A stretch of 64,000 nt of DNA. It comes from Candidatus Danuiimicrobium aquiferis (lineage in GTDB: Bacteria; Omnitrophota; Omnitrophia; Omnitrophales; Danuiimicrobiaceae). The notes under the pieces were generated by a model. It worked only from the letters and a program-made list of their open reading frames with translations, was not told where the DNA came from and did no database searches. Of the stretch, positions 15,001-19,949 are shown in pieces. Numbering within the stretch: position 1 is the stretch's first letter; every line of letters begins with the position of its first letter. Location: the NCBI GenBank assembly GCA_001804285.1, contig MHFR01000053.1, positions 79,857 to 143,856 on the forward strand, written 5' to 3'. The position numbers and the translations under genes are program-made.

Positions 15001-18000
15001 GCAACCAATAATGTTTGGATCCCACGCGCAAAGGCGGCAAGGTCCGCTCTCGCCTCCGTGCGAGCGGCAATGGCAGCGGTTTTGGTATCAGCGGAAGCAG
15101 GTTCATAAATCCTGACGTATGATGATTCCTGTTGACTATCCATAATCGGAGGATCGAACGGGTTAAGATTCCGCAACTTTTCGAACTGATCGATCCTAAG
15201 CCCGCTGCCCATAAATGCTTCGTTGAAGACCATGACCAATTTCGTGTGTCCTGCAAATTCAATCATTTTATCCGTAAATTGGCGGCGGAATTGTTTGATC
15301 ATCCGTTTGGTCCTGGCCAAATTTTCCTCATCGCCAGGCTGAGTATAATAAAACATCACAAAATCTTTATCGCTCCATGGTACCTGAAACGCATCCTGAG
15401 GCGCTTCTGAGTAATGAAAACGCAAGGGGGCAATGATCCCTGCTTCCACAGCCCGGTCATAGAGGAATTGGCCATCACGATGAAATGCGGGATCGATCTC
15501 CACGGCTGTCACTTCCATGCCGAAAACCACGTGAGCCACCAAAGAAACAATTAAGTTCGGCCCCGAACCCATATCTAACAAATGTTTTCCGCTCAAGTTC
15601 CCGTACCGGTCGGATAATTGTTGAAATGCTTCCTGCAACATGTCAACGGAAGTCGACCCGTAACGGGTTTGATTTGCAGTCAACCGTCCATCTTCCACCA
15701 GCAAAGACATCTTTAAAAGACCTTCGACCGTCCGCATTCGATCTGCCAGCAGCGAATTGGGTGCAGTCACCGAATTTGCAACCTCTCCCACCCTGGGTTC
15801 AGCAGTTCCAGAAATCATCGCCTCTGCGCGGGCTTGAATGGCATCCCGAATCTTCGGCTGATTTAAGAAATGCCGCAGGGTCGGGCCGGCGTTGATATCA
15901 TCAAGCTGGGTAAGAAGCGATTGTTGCGGAACGAAAAAGATTTTCCAGATTTCGCCGCGGCCGGTCGTTTTCCCTGTTTCGTCGGTTTGCTGTTTGTCGA
16001 GACTTTGAAAATGGTTAACTTCACCTTCTGAAAGGGACGCATCCAACGTTTCTTTTGTTTTCTGAATCATGGCAACTTCTTCCGGCGTCGCATGGTAAAT
16101 ATAAATCGTCTTTTTTTCCTGATCCTTCGCTCGAGCTGCGGAAAATTCTCCATCATGACCGATACGTTCCCATTTCCCTTTTAATACGTAGCCCGCTGGG
16201 AAACCCAATTCTTCGACTAATTCTTTCTTGATCGCCTGGTCATAGCGGAAATCCTCGGATACGTGACCGCCATAAATATTTGCTGTGCGCTGCGCCGGAT
16301 CCTTATTTGTACGCTCCAACATGATAAAATTCCCGTCCGGCGTCCGGACAAACGCATTCGCCACCCGATGGAGAAGCTGTTTTCCTTCCGAACCGTCATT
16401 TTTTGCCTTCACCTGAACAACGCCGTTTGGCCCGTAATATAAATGTGCAAGGTTCCGGTCAAGAGAACCGAGAACTTCATCCGCTTGGGTGACGACATCA
16501 ATCATTTCGCCGCTCAATTTAACCTGCCCGGCTTGAATTAAATTCAAAACAGCGTCGACATGAGCCGCAGTCAACGGCGTGTCATTTTTCGGATTGGCTA
16601 TAATTGTTTCTAACTGAACCTTGACTTGTTTAGCCGTCACCCTCGCTTCCGCACGCCCAGCAAAAACAGAATCGGGGACAGGTTCTGGTTTCGTTGATGC
16701 AGAACCTGTCCCCATTATTGAGGCGAGGTTGCGCTGCTTCGCACGCTGGCGGGCAATTTTGAGAACTTCTTTAATTTGCTGATACGGAAGCCCTTTGGTT
16801 TCTGCTTCGATTTTTCGGATCACGGCATCATCCCCGACAAGTGTTTGACGTGCGTCGAGAAATTGTTCATACACGGCCAAACGGTCAAGCAATGTTTGAG
16901 CGGGAAGTTTCTCAAGCTCTTTTGCTTTCGCCTGAATTTCCTCAAATGAAAGCTCTGCGGGTTCCGCCGTTTGTTCGATCACACCTTGCATATCCGGCAC
17001 CAGCGCGAGCGCGGTGGCAAGGTTCGAATTGGAAACGCCGTTGACGCGGCTGACTAAGCTGCCGACGGATTCAGCGTCGATTTTGCCGCTTTTCCACATG
17101 TCTTTGAGGCCCTCTCCAAGGACTTCAATCTTTTTCGACATGAGCGCTTTCAGCTTACCGAAATAATTTGAATTGAAGGATTTGAGTTCCCGTTCGAGGG
17201 CTTGACGGAGGTCGTTGTCATTCCCGCGAAAGCGGGAATCCAGAGACTGTAGATCCCCGATTAAAGCATTCGGGGATGACAAAGAACCCTGCCCCGCGTC
17301 TCCTGCCCCTCCCTCCTGTTCCTTCCTCAATATCTGCACAAGCGCGTCCACATATCTTGTGTAAGAACCGGCTTCGGTCACTCGCCCTTCGGCGATGGAA
17401 TTCTGGATAATCCGGTCGCGCCAGCGTTTGAGGCTGGGTGTGAGTTCTTCGGTTTTAAGAGACGCGGCCATTTTCGCGGCATAATCTTTTGCGAGCGCGT
17501 CCCAGAGGCTTCCTTTGAAATATTTCATATAGGACATATTGCCGCGCATGACATTCATGTAATTCTCTTTCGTCCCGATCTCGCTGATTTTGGGCGCGAT
17601 GAGCGCGTAAGAAATACCGGCTGATTTCATTTTTTCTTTGATGCCTTCCGAATGGAAACCGCCGGTAACGATCACCGCGATCTTCGCGTTTTGACGGTCC
17701 ATGGTTTTAATAACGTTTTGGAAAAGCACTTCGTCACGCTCGAGCGCAAGTTCGTAGAAGCGGAAGTGCGGCTGGAAAAGAGTTACGAGGTCACTGGACA
17801 CTACGTCACTCGTCACTGGTGTAAAAAAAGGCGGGTGCTGTAACGCAAAAATAGTTTTGGGGTTTTTGTCATCCCCGTGCAAACGGGGATCCAGCCGGAT
17901 TCCCGCTTTCGCGGGAATGACAGAATAACCTCTTCGCAATGACGCACTATCTTTTTCCGGTGACTGGTGACCGGCGACTAGTGGCTTCACCTCTTTCCAC

Positions 18001-19727
18001 TGTTCATGCGTAATTTCCAGTTTCGCGAAATCGCGGAAAAGTTCCAAATCATAGAAACCGGAAACCAGTTCTTTCTCCTCTGCCGTTTTCGGAAGGAATT
18101 CTCTCAATTCTTTTTCGAGCGCTTCAAGTTCGTCAAACAACTTCGTCCCTTTAATCGAAGAAAGTGTCCGCGCATGTTTCGCCGTCGGTTTTAAAATATC
18201 CGGGATATACGCATCGAATCCGTATTTCCTCGATAGCTCCTCAACGCGGTCAACGAGCGCGCCTTGTTTGATCTGCCCGATTTTATACATTTGAATCATT
18301 TGGCCGGTCGTGATTTGTTCGGCTTTCGGAAGTTTCGGAAGGATTTTCGTCTCAAATCCGCGGATAAAATAATTCATCGCCACGTCAAAACCTTCGTCTT
18401 GAAAACGTTTTTCGTTTTCTTCGGCAGTCAGGATCTTGGAAAGTTCGGGATAGGCAGTAGAAAAACCCCTTACATCTCCTCCCCCTTTGTGGGGGAGTCC
18501 TCCTAACATCCGCCAAAATACGCGTCGGACTCGCCGCGCTGTTTGGCGAGAATTGGCGGATCCGCCATCCTGTTGGGCGGAGACTAAGGTGGGGGGTAAT
18601 GTCCTATTATCACCCCCATCCTTTCCTTCCCCCATCAAGGGAGAAGGAAACCTCAAAGAAAAGGGGACAGGTTCTGGTTCAATGGAGTCAAAACCTGTCC
18701 CCTTTTCTGCCTTCCATAACCGCTCCAGGCCTTTCGCATATGTCATCAAATCGATTTCGTCTGTTTTGAATTTTTTTTGGGAATGAATGAATTCCACAAT
18801 TGGGTTGGCCTGTAAAACCCCCTCACCCCAACCCTCTCCCCGAGGGAGAGGGTTAGGGTGAGGGTGAGGGCCTTTTCCCTTTTGATTTTTTTCTTCTAAT
18901 CTTTTCTCCAATTCCGCTTCCACCCTGTCCAGTTCCCTTAAAATCTCCGGCTCGTTCCTGGACGCTTCCAAGAACGCTTTCTTGTTTTCCTCGTATAGCT
19001 TCTTCTCCTCGATTCCGTAATAGCTCGAGTCAAATTCTTCATTAAGAATAGATGCCATTTCACCGCCGGAAAGTTCACCGCGCCCGACATATTCTTTCAC
19101 TACTTTCTGTTTTAATTCCTGATCGGGAAATGATTTGAAATAAAGGCTGTCCAATCGGCCGGCACCGCCTTCGAGGAGCGTAGGGGCGGGTTTGAAACCC
19201 GCCCCTACAAGCAGTTTCTGGATTTCCCGGATGATTTTCGAAATATTCGTTTCCGAATCATAATTCGTATGCGCATCCTGGAGGTAGAGGATGAGTTTTG
19301 GGGCATCGACAATAGACACTGGGACACTGGTCCCTGGTATGTCCCCGCTTGCTGTCATTCCCGCATGCTTCAGGTGGGAATCTATGCGTCTGGATGAAGA
19401 AAAGGGGACAGGTTCTGGTTCAATGGAGTCAGAACCTGTCCCCTTTTCTTTCTCTGATGACTGGTGACTGATGACTGACGACTTCTTTCCCGGCACAAAC
19501 GATTCCACAAGACTGCCGAGCTCTTCAGGAAGGCTGAGTGAATCAATGATTTCTCGAGGATTCACTTCCTTAATCCCGTGGCGAGGGTAGGCGCCTTCAA
19601 GAAGAGACTCGGCATAAACTGAACGACTCGGAGTAAATGTAAAATTGGTAAGGGTAAAGGTAATGACAAGAATAATGGCAATCAAGCGACGGCAAATCAG
19701 TATACTTTTATCTGATGTATTGGCCAC
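1..19727 (-). CDS. Giant secreted multi-domain protein (>=6,575 aa, 3' end outside window), putative polyprotein
   Basis: GTG at 19725-19727 with AAGGA RBS; starts MANTSDKSILICRRLIAIILVITFTLTNFTFTPSRSVYA/ES (signal peptide). Manual translation stays open to position 3, ending in hydrophobic LGLGAFVFSIFSMFGLLVVGIYTSVLTVMFAMV. No minus-strand ORF-track entry in 1-19.7 kb uses this frame, consistent with no stop. Confidence 0.93.
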   Translation of the reverse strand, partial: MANTSDKSILICRRLIAIILVITFTLTNFTFTPSRSVYAESLLEGAYPRHGIKEVNPREIIDSLSLPEELGSLVESFVPGKKSSVISHQSSEKEKGTGSDSIEPEPVPFSSSRRIDSHLKHAGMTASGDIPGTSVPVSIVDAPKLILYLQDAHTNYDSETNISKIIREIQKLLVGAGFKPAPTLLEGGAGRLDSLYFKSFPDQELKQKVVKEYVGRGELSGGEMASILNEEFDSSYYGIEEKKLYEENKKAFLEASRNEPEILRELDRVEAELEKRLEEKNQKGKGPHPHPNPLPRGEGWGEGVLQANPIVEFIHSQKKFKTDEIDLMTYAKGLERLWKAEKGTGFDSIEPEPVPFSLRFPSPLMGEGKDGGDNRTLPPTLVSAQQDGGSANSRQTARRVRRVFWRMLGGLPHKGGGDVRGFSTAYPELSKILTAEENEKRFQDEGFDVAMNYFIRGFETKILPKLPKAEQITTGQMIQMYKIGQIKQGALVDRVEELSRKYGFDAYIPDILKPTAKHARTLSSIKGTKLFDELEALEKELREFLPKTAEEKELVSGFYDLELFRDFAKLEITHEQWKEVKPLVAGHQSPEKDSASLRRGYSVIPAKAGIRLDPRLHGDDKNPKTIFALQHPPFFTPVTSDVVSSDLVTLFQPHFRFYELALERDEVLFQNVIKTMDRQNAKIAVIVTGGFHSEGIKEKMKSAGISYALIAPKISEIGTKENYMNVMRGNMSYMKYFKGSLWDALAKDYAAKMAASLKTEELTPSLKRWRDRIIQNSIAEGRVTEAGSYTRYVDALVQILRKEQEGGAGDAGQGSLSSPNALIGDLQSLDSRFRGNDNDLRQALERELKSFNSNYFGKLKALMSKKIEVLGEGLKDMWKSGKIDAESVGSLVSRVNGVSNSNLATALALVPDMQGVIEQTAEPAELSFEEIQAKAKELEKLPAQTLLDRLAVYEQFLDARQTLVGDDAVIRKIEAETKGLPYQQIKEVLKIARQRAKQRNLASIMGTGSASTKPEPVPDSVFAGRAEARVTAKQVKVQLETIIANPKNDTPLTAAHVDAVLNLIQAGQVKLSGEMIDVVTQADEVLGSLDRNLAHLYYGPNGVVQVKAKNDGSEGKQLLHRVANAFVRTPDGNFIMLERTNKDPAQRTANIYGGHVSEDFRYDQAIKKELVEELGFPAGYVLKGKWERIGHDGEFSAARAKDQEKKTIYIYHATPEEVAMIQKTKETLDASLSEGEVNHFQSLDKQQTDETGKTTGRGEIWKIFFVPQQSLLTQLDDINAGPTLRHFLNQPKIRDAIQARAEAMISGTAEPRVGEVANSVTAPNSLLADRMRTVEGLLKMSLLVEDGRLTANQTRYGSTSVDMLQEAFQQLSDRYGNLSGKHLLDMGSGPNLIVSLVAHVVFGMEVTAVEIDPAFHRDGQFLYDRAVEAGIIAPLRFHYSEAPQDAFQVPWSDKDFVMFYYTQPGDEENLARTKRMIKQFRRQFTDKMIEFAGHTKLVMVFNEAFMGSGLRIDQFEKLRNLNPFDPPIMDSQQESSYVRIYEPASADTKTAAIAARTEARADLAAFARGIQTLLVAPETPERMEILKMVAVEAPDAANPIGTGENRMIDMLLASSPDTAEDLLRRTFSFTESGQQVLKQEKTVQALYDLLFNQLNLLEIDGDQISLSVNGQSILKNKNRVLKRLEIAAALAEEEKQSNPAAVLAAQILNEVHFILEDASLSLLPAFENDTNEIQFIDHNSDIVDGNFSAAPAAENFYCRAIQKLPRSEFRSEQRFEKNNSQANLIKTTGAPSLTDLTAQPRTEARTSDQGGWKIGEVDNQFLFDRVNDFLGFERDRLKGLRPNTFVDYIETPSGELVGAHRYEYAVDPKKPEHVIAKGQIHSARSFPIELAGRSTTVANELAIRFLERFVTMGLTEVQINSVTEQGRKLWRYHTARVVSSIDTVDGKKLYTMVINLDEWQKKQTSRSELREGQVQQTARSESRTTVAESPSIIVTPKDRFKQLIDTLVPETERDQYKNAALRANEVRLREIIEYMSWPQRDFTHRLSHIWKAATNMRYFGFEKKALSPEDRARYEELKPKGAQAIDYGRMLLQTISSVNTETHFQPEYIDDLIVLIEVTKQAIREAEQFGEAVLTLMKKYQIQSEENDQLYIDWTERALDETKRFADTLERLETGQRLPQEEELNILLNWARREPYVRMTWEIGLDSGLAVMDLDVLLTNLIQNARDAKKAGQDDFEIQISATFELSEEGKQSIRLVAKDNGKGMSADVLRQIRSGIPLTTKGALGRGQGLQNVRAVIGKYNGVLEIDSGEVINPETGKKEKSTTFAISIPVKIPAIAPFKLVEGAETRATEAVRSEARNLESGSHQVLIGTRESTLADKMLAKRAEVRNSVIPAKAGIQLDPHFRGDDINASETEAPVPADYPLNIQNVTQANQLAEEGKLEAARDLYDQILKNSQLFGIESADVLSRLRARLDELVRLVGEKDSLSDQTPGVTWQGRLSPLHRDMIARVEELRRQQGKSKNDLLVIADYGIGKKGAPTTFDLARSLRDSGYGNVVMIGFDNNRQYIDSARKQLSKETLPGIQMEFALADAFHVNEGLKNAGRADLVGKVDMVIVANVLIDGIYTKYYTAEDAKKAIPRLGQILSENGFVVRATGPMERDVSKKVEYQLYDSNGTEIANGISYPDRELDAKVAELVKEIQTLQQDRLDEFQKKLDYFLKAYFSGGQQIDRRAQILNALKEKFGQALSGISPAIMAALSSAESGSQGALKTMSDSRLAERMTVAQVAADQMIDRIKKANEADLISIEAELRELVKEGGALRGEEANDQKAEILRALVEKFGDQLSEIAPAIEDILTSCSSCAVDYAKRAQELKDRAAAGENVATEAREVAENLKSEIGAALAAGLSLPQMGIETSGVLDQLIAGYLALDGIEGLDVKLKTELQTQLTALRTQMAREKAAQLERIFANIEKIADRQATKTRGENWDWPGAEAKYKELIEYYQSTGRGEDAARVERKLKGLRAHVQLEILLNTYNTMPVDELAKELESLVQIATNMEDEYRNQLMRAIDFLSGRNKTVYHVSGIDKSKIVEGGEIVIYPGVANAFGEGVYASQVPLLSYDGGEGLQLPTGDIIVFSFEINPDAEKHIGADPNAIYVNVHTNEHAIRLKNLKLREVSADELKKIGAIGMENARKNGKKVYLVEAEEVKFDSGYQTSGDYERFMAENEIIKELNELEADKDEATYDEMVRKIAERGLSDSNRIKAVLEKVFSAEIAAREMLERIRQAEESDLPELEAELGLLVGARGELRGEKHNDLKAQILNEMIERFGSRLTDVAPAIAEILTSCSSCAVNYANRASDLAKRAGQGEDVHGEVLDIAQSLKTEIEAALKAGLTLSQMGIQNLNMFGQLERGYQALMTLLDGDKDFILRAALDDQLSQLIDMPEHDRYMAPRLKGRSPQEREIGRPMKDIEQDLEKRNWYWHGLTDEAKDEVRGRIEIIRERLPAFLRKKIGHKILAINVKGSYIWGPGTIAGFDHYNAQDMDILIIVEDNIEESVDIHLTDEEKREIFGDSDWQTGKLEIKVMGAGKAKPSAQFNNEMNRMISAKHSGVLLFGEDYFENISTQNFALKKLFDLLGAALIEYGKFLSARLSEKDGALLAQYRQLKIEYADLYEESKTQIEQVISALEARMKAQRLAHLRIMKRLFEIGLAAEFLVRTLTPERLAQFRKATDFGPHRFAPHLAGVTLSQFLTKGVPESVFEHAQELEELIVEDPGQIMDSFLAMYLNALKDYVGDQTADQATQGIIGKIEHSDELSRSEVRAELSALVSEGGPLHGAERNDYKAKILEALLRKFGSQLNEIAPEIVAILTSCSACAVDYAKRAQALKDRAAAGENVQKEAVDVGRNLRDEIDAALTAGLNLEQMGIENADMFGQLIAGYEALPSLIPADEDPNLKAALQEQSDRLREMFREVLPAAPATQTAGRRSEVRKTGEEIAVPSTEKFAEGTRQPAEKRQIPKKQPRMVVHGDVHGELDGLKEDLRQAGLIDENGNWIGGDAVFVQVGDVIDRGPKSKEAIEFLRRLKRQAQQAGGDVVRLIGNHELMLLEGMLGDDDALFMWWRNLPTEQRAVFEEFRDDPQRFRAAIREVYGEIVDQMLEDIMNDHLKAAEQLHGEVFTHAGARSKIRKQLIKEIAQKLGIDPSQVTEKQIADHINEILKQAISGKNFSHAIFGEDGIFWNRGVMDSVDAGKMRQIFGHTPEADSPVVASPNASRVNVDVGLYERYGGGRGFLEIDSDGNLVAHRKNQAGEWEKESLGNKDGGVEEKSSTAEATKTAEVVLPLASQNRTQSNPETARKMERMLEGLLAAALALQGKTVSEGDLRDIEKLLNELQQQTIEANDPQVAFAWAVINFIRVAQSRGDLTDVREQLHSASNRVAGRYAKKIEEILSAFSSGESISAEYNDLAAKVADDLMSNIQDISLSDFDGYLYVMKHQDLTIWGTLAKIFQVIIKALEKYPEPSKAFGTTMAEQRKILEAIRRELVKKLADQAKSKAGPLPGSTKTDVVAPVKTSSVAAMPAQKEMRDEPENPLHPRGSLTEPTPELDENKGREVNELDLDSLKPGDQVLIRSSTHDLEYVLERTADGRFKVWMRGRPGGYYLVHPENIQVLGKLSIGKMFFMPYYNWYPSDGALMPARIGQDWGSEAVKILVFPNSEMVPADAGGRSEVPGAGTSRVLQGAQFDGDDRTTKRRDELIAQGVKKTQAANQAIEEARQSGIELLRGLQKGDRIEDGESGNRYEFDGRDLILLDDDGRKIDSAVKSVYGIKRSAEGRAVKDGQGHFVFEFAPDGSAVSLGMRARVLTEVQETGPQAAQTPLDERSEARIMAMPGAGPLGADMVRAELQAAAGILFDMIDDLDFIDGVSGNELRAGGYRYQLARHPQTGELVIIIASDQAGALGVLSAQTQAELDRIHGFLNILIAAQALVARTPALKNDPAALAQAIKSLSPVTHTASDLAPPASSKSASASSTLQTKPATQIPSQQITVREAINVRTRMKKINQDGLRASKQLSRMTPRERVRLIAHTMLNREPSETEIDVFQGCEIGVQKLSEFPEIGADFLKANGIRDHYAGYIHLTAEAVLYLRENGVFQTSSTQGFMNDPGTYGPLRIQTLDGTQENYFRAVGSYAFLTQNINHPGGRIERPMKKTEFHESIHHRAGGKTDQPSIERPDVDEMNGLEELQAYFGMNLRANGTVDTNFGNASLDTALGYVRPDQKDGARQAIQAVRRLAQILPGRDVYHIIGRTRSFGELGVLADRTRSEIREMFRPGFSDSEIDHAIQFGFDRPGELAVENIRTEIENGVYLRHDTDDPVRLQRFANHYIGLVLGYLLSQAGPAESRLLQELFDINQKANPRLYEAVRSGLKQWFGFSDTETVDDQILWDRVAEEFRKSAAQTRTELFDEARLTGGVSRPVAVAGTRNEMRSIPVESSTAPDEALRPLPGPRSSEAHLPPVAASTPSGGALGSRSGAWSDEVEKQVKAGQPALQNAGWKALFSGWLQLIAGAVDFAEYFSDENPNHQYTIPFVHQNSGTIREIQGTERRALEQIQSKIKEEIGKNTSQYRDQIVRRYNHTEFQNFLNRLLSHPGLVKVSSGEKFKLVWRMLAMSPADLRDQNFENLLGRFAKLDDQNFTARNIKTTIQAFVEEIHNVKIMEDGIIRSPVDPNVSLPVRAKPLKAVAATGNEMMPEQLIDENDILAALEEIREIEEEEDSVIPASTQQTGESAVLMGGKAGISAKGGSAFGGQLLDPRVHGDDTKFRAEARSVAPTPQGDDLYLDDKELSAFSPASSRAEARLEFGMPGQESIKAGDLSSIRSKVRVSRAEARSPVQDMPPAEVRKMMVGLIMHQFKTLIDGAETSILALIRSHSIGNHDNDNKLLTNLKTNIQLARDFISEFDPILKERRIWIARYGEFNKIFSIFNTLGISEKEKLRALSPEETAYLEKLINFTALHQKLSEQLLKFETLVGDLGVFLEGRNVLTEDHDLFKRAKDLVKSVGWIVEEIKTPVAARAEVRAEFSGSALKTYRYELINMTGEELRREAIRTLRFGSLAEKDRENLTKLLRSLRAREDILYARRADGIYRGARGVDWSLPQKNWVIDILVRARRNEILLQVRSEVRGMGSWFGLGETKDIEGIPSRNDLKTILANESVYLVENVKPGDPAFLILISPTLTLPLDLISGVEKARWKDYLEKLLSQTPLTFADQQFWKNAAGVILPGVTVSKDYFEAIAKEAGITAAKLREVLGIPEDTGKMIALSTQLRKAQHPHRMLMEEVFHVLENDAFSQEIKAMPDRDKGTAGLIIETVNDFLQLMFTSPFAYDQIYSEYTDWSDTEKLALQKRYLVDKDFDPNRNIRGILNELLNDIRQGESVESVLVTDLLLRGVTESGSKAILIQYLNVLLGREKFSQYQKDKDLFPDFSTQKIRETIQTYARSETREEEWLRQETEKRIYEEKTPDEIVKFYEKLKRNKKFMQALKRNDLEGVEDALASKKLGLGAFVFSIFSMFGLLVVGIYTSVLTVMFAMVDI
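2310..2438. repeat. Nested palindromic element, in frame in the giant gene
   Basis: GTCATCCCCG...GCGGGAATGAC outer element containing two GGCGGAT(C/T)CGCC-type hairpins. Confidence 0.85.
3800..4550 (-). other. Giant-protein domain: zincin-like metallopeptidase
   Basis: HESIH at 4107-4121 followed by EELQAY. Confidence 0.65.
6780..7680 (-). other. Giant-protein domain: PPP-family metallophosphatase (Shewanella-like)
   Basis: GDVHG, GDVIDRG, GNHE, HAG, GHT, VDVG motifs, all in order. Confidence 0.92.
8340..9300 (-). other. Giant-protein domain: Pol-beta-superfamily nucleotidyltransferase plus helical region
   Basis: INVKGSYIWG...AQDMDILIIV (hGS...DxD). Confidence 0.75.
10100..10510 (-). other. 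Giant-protein domain: ADP-ribosyltransferase-like (H-Y class, PARP-like)
   Basis: VYHVSG...IVEGG...AFGEGVYAS..PLLSY, resembling YHGT...G.GxY. Confidence 0.55.
11690..12260 (-). other. Giant-protein domain: second SAM methyltransferase (CheR-like)
   Basis: VIADYGIG...VMIGFD...DMVIVANVL...LSENGFVV. Confidence 0.65.
12501..12554. repeat. GTCATTCCCGC...GGGAATGAC palindromic element (RPE/dRS3-like), in frame (VIPAKAGIQLDPHFRGDD)
   Basis: Double hairpin; other copies at ~17217-17280, 17868-17921, 19354-19382, 23908-23974, 30543-30571, 34088-34155, 44264-44353, 47082-47150, 53633-53696. Confidence 0.9.
12720..13700 (-). other. Giant-protein domain: histidine kinase-like (HATPase_c)
   Basis: N box LTNLIQNARDA, G1 DNGKGM, G2 TTKG..GRGQGL, STTFAISIP; candidate H-box FTHRLSH. 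Confidence 0.85.
13850..14300 (-). other. Giant-protein domain: possible GNAT-like acetyltransferase
   Basis: ELAGRSTTVANELAIRFLERF...EVQINSVTEQGRKLWR; weak similarity only. Confidence 0.35.
15100..15700 (-). other. Giant-protein domain: class I SAM methyltransferase
   Basis: Motif I LLDMGSGP; acidic strand-2 motif VTAVEID. Confidence 0.8.
15870..16510 (-). other. Giant-protein domain: NUDIX hydrolase (IDI-like)
   Basis: EMIDVV...LLHRVANAFV...YGGHVSEDFRYDQAIKKELVEELGF (Nudix-box variant). Confidence 0.75.
18476..18870. repeat. Cluster of stacked palindromic elements, in frame in the giant gene
   Basis: CTCCCCC..GGGGGAG type with nested GGCGGATCCGCC, GGGGACAGG..CCTGTCCCC (18659-18706), CCCTCACCC..GGGAGAGGG (18819-18870); frame stays open. 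Confidence 0.85.
19180..19208. repeat. GTAG-type REP-like hairpin
   Basis: GTAGGGGCGGGTTTGAAACCCGCCCCTAC; relatives at ~20671, ~20809 and 58936-58963. Confidence 0.8.
19400..19447. repeat. AAAAGGGGACAGGTTCTG...CAGAACCTGTCCCCTTTT palindromic element
   Basis: Copies at ~16674, 18659, 19400, 20712, 25056, 28422, 30640, 32334, 33965; usually encodes KGTGS...EPVPF. Confidence 0.92.
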
Positions 19728-19740
19728 GGGATTTCCTTTA

Positions 19741-19793
19741 AAACTGTTTACAACAGTTTGTAAAAGTATACATGGCATATAATTTTATATCAA
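19741..19793 (-). promoter_or_regulatory. Sigma70-like promoter of the giant gene with a downstream inverted repeat
   Basis: TTGATA (19788-19793), 17-bp spacer, TATACT (19765-19770); AAACTGTT-tac-AACAGTTT at 19741-19759. Confidence 0.55.
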
Positions 19794-19949
19794 ACATCAC
19801 CCGTCTAAATTTCCGCAAGTTGTTTAATTTGAATAGTTTATGGATATTATTTTTGCTCGTTTTTTAGAGGAAAATTGGGGGCTGGCTTTGAGTCACAGAT
19901 TTTATTAAATCTATCAATAAATGGCGCGAAAAAAGCTCTTAAAACTTTC

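Larger units (their letters stand above)
17560..19300 (-). other. Giant-protein domain: TraB/Tiki/ChaN(EreA)-like, putative metallo-hydrolase/protease
   Basis: Motifs LYLQDAH (19269-19289), LLEGG (~19170), FYELALERD..LFQN (~17720-17760), IAVIVTGGFHSEGI (GGFH 17652-17663): same order as the H/E/R-N/GxxH motifs of the family. Confidence 0.6.

Noticed and set aside
203-18786. Dozens of short ORF-track entries
   Set aside because: Shadow ORFs on the opposite strand or other frames of the giant gene; no recognisable motifs.
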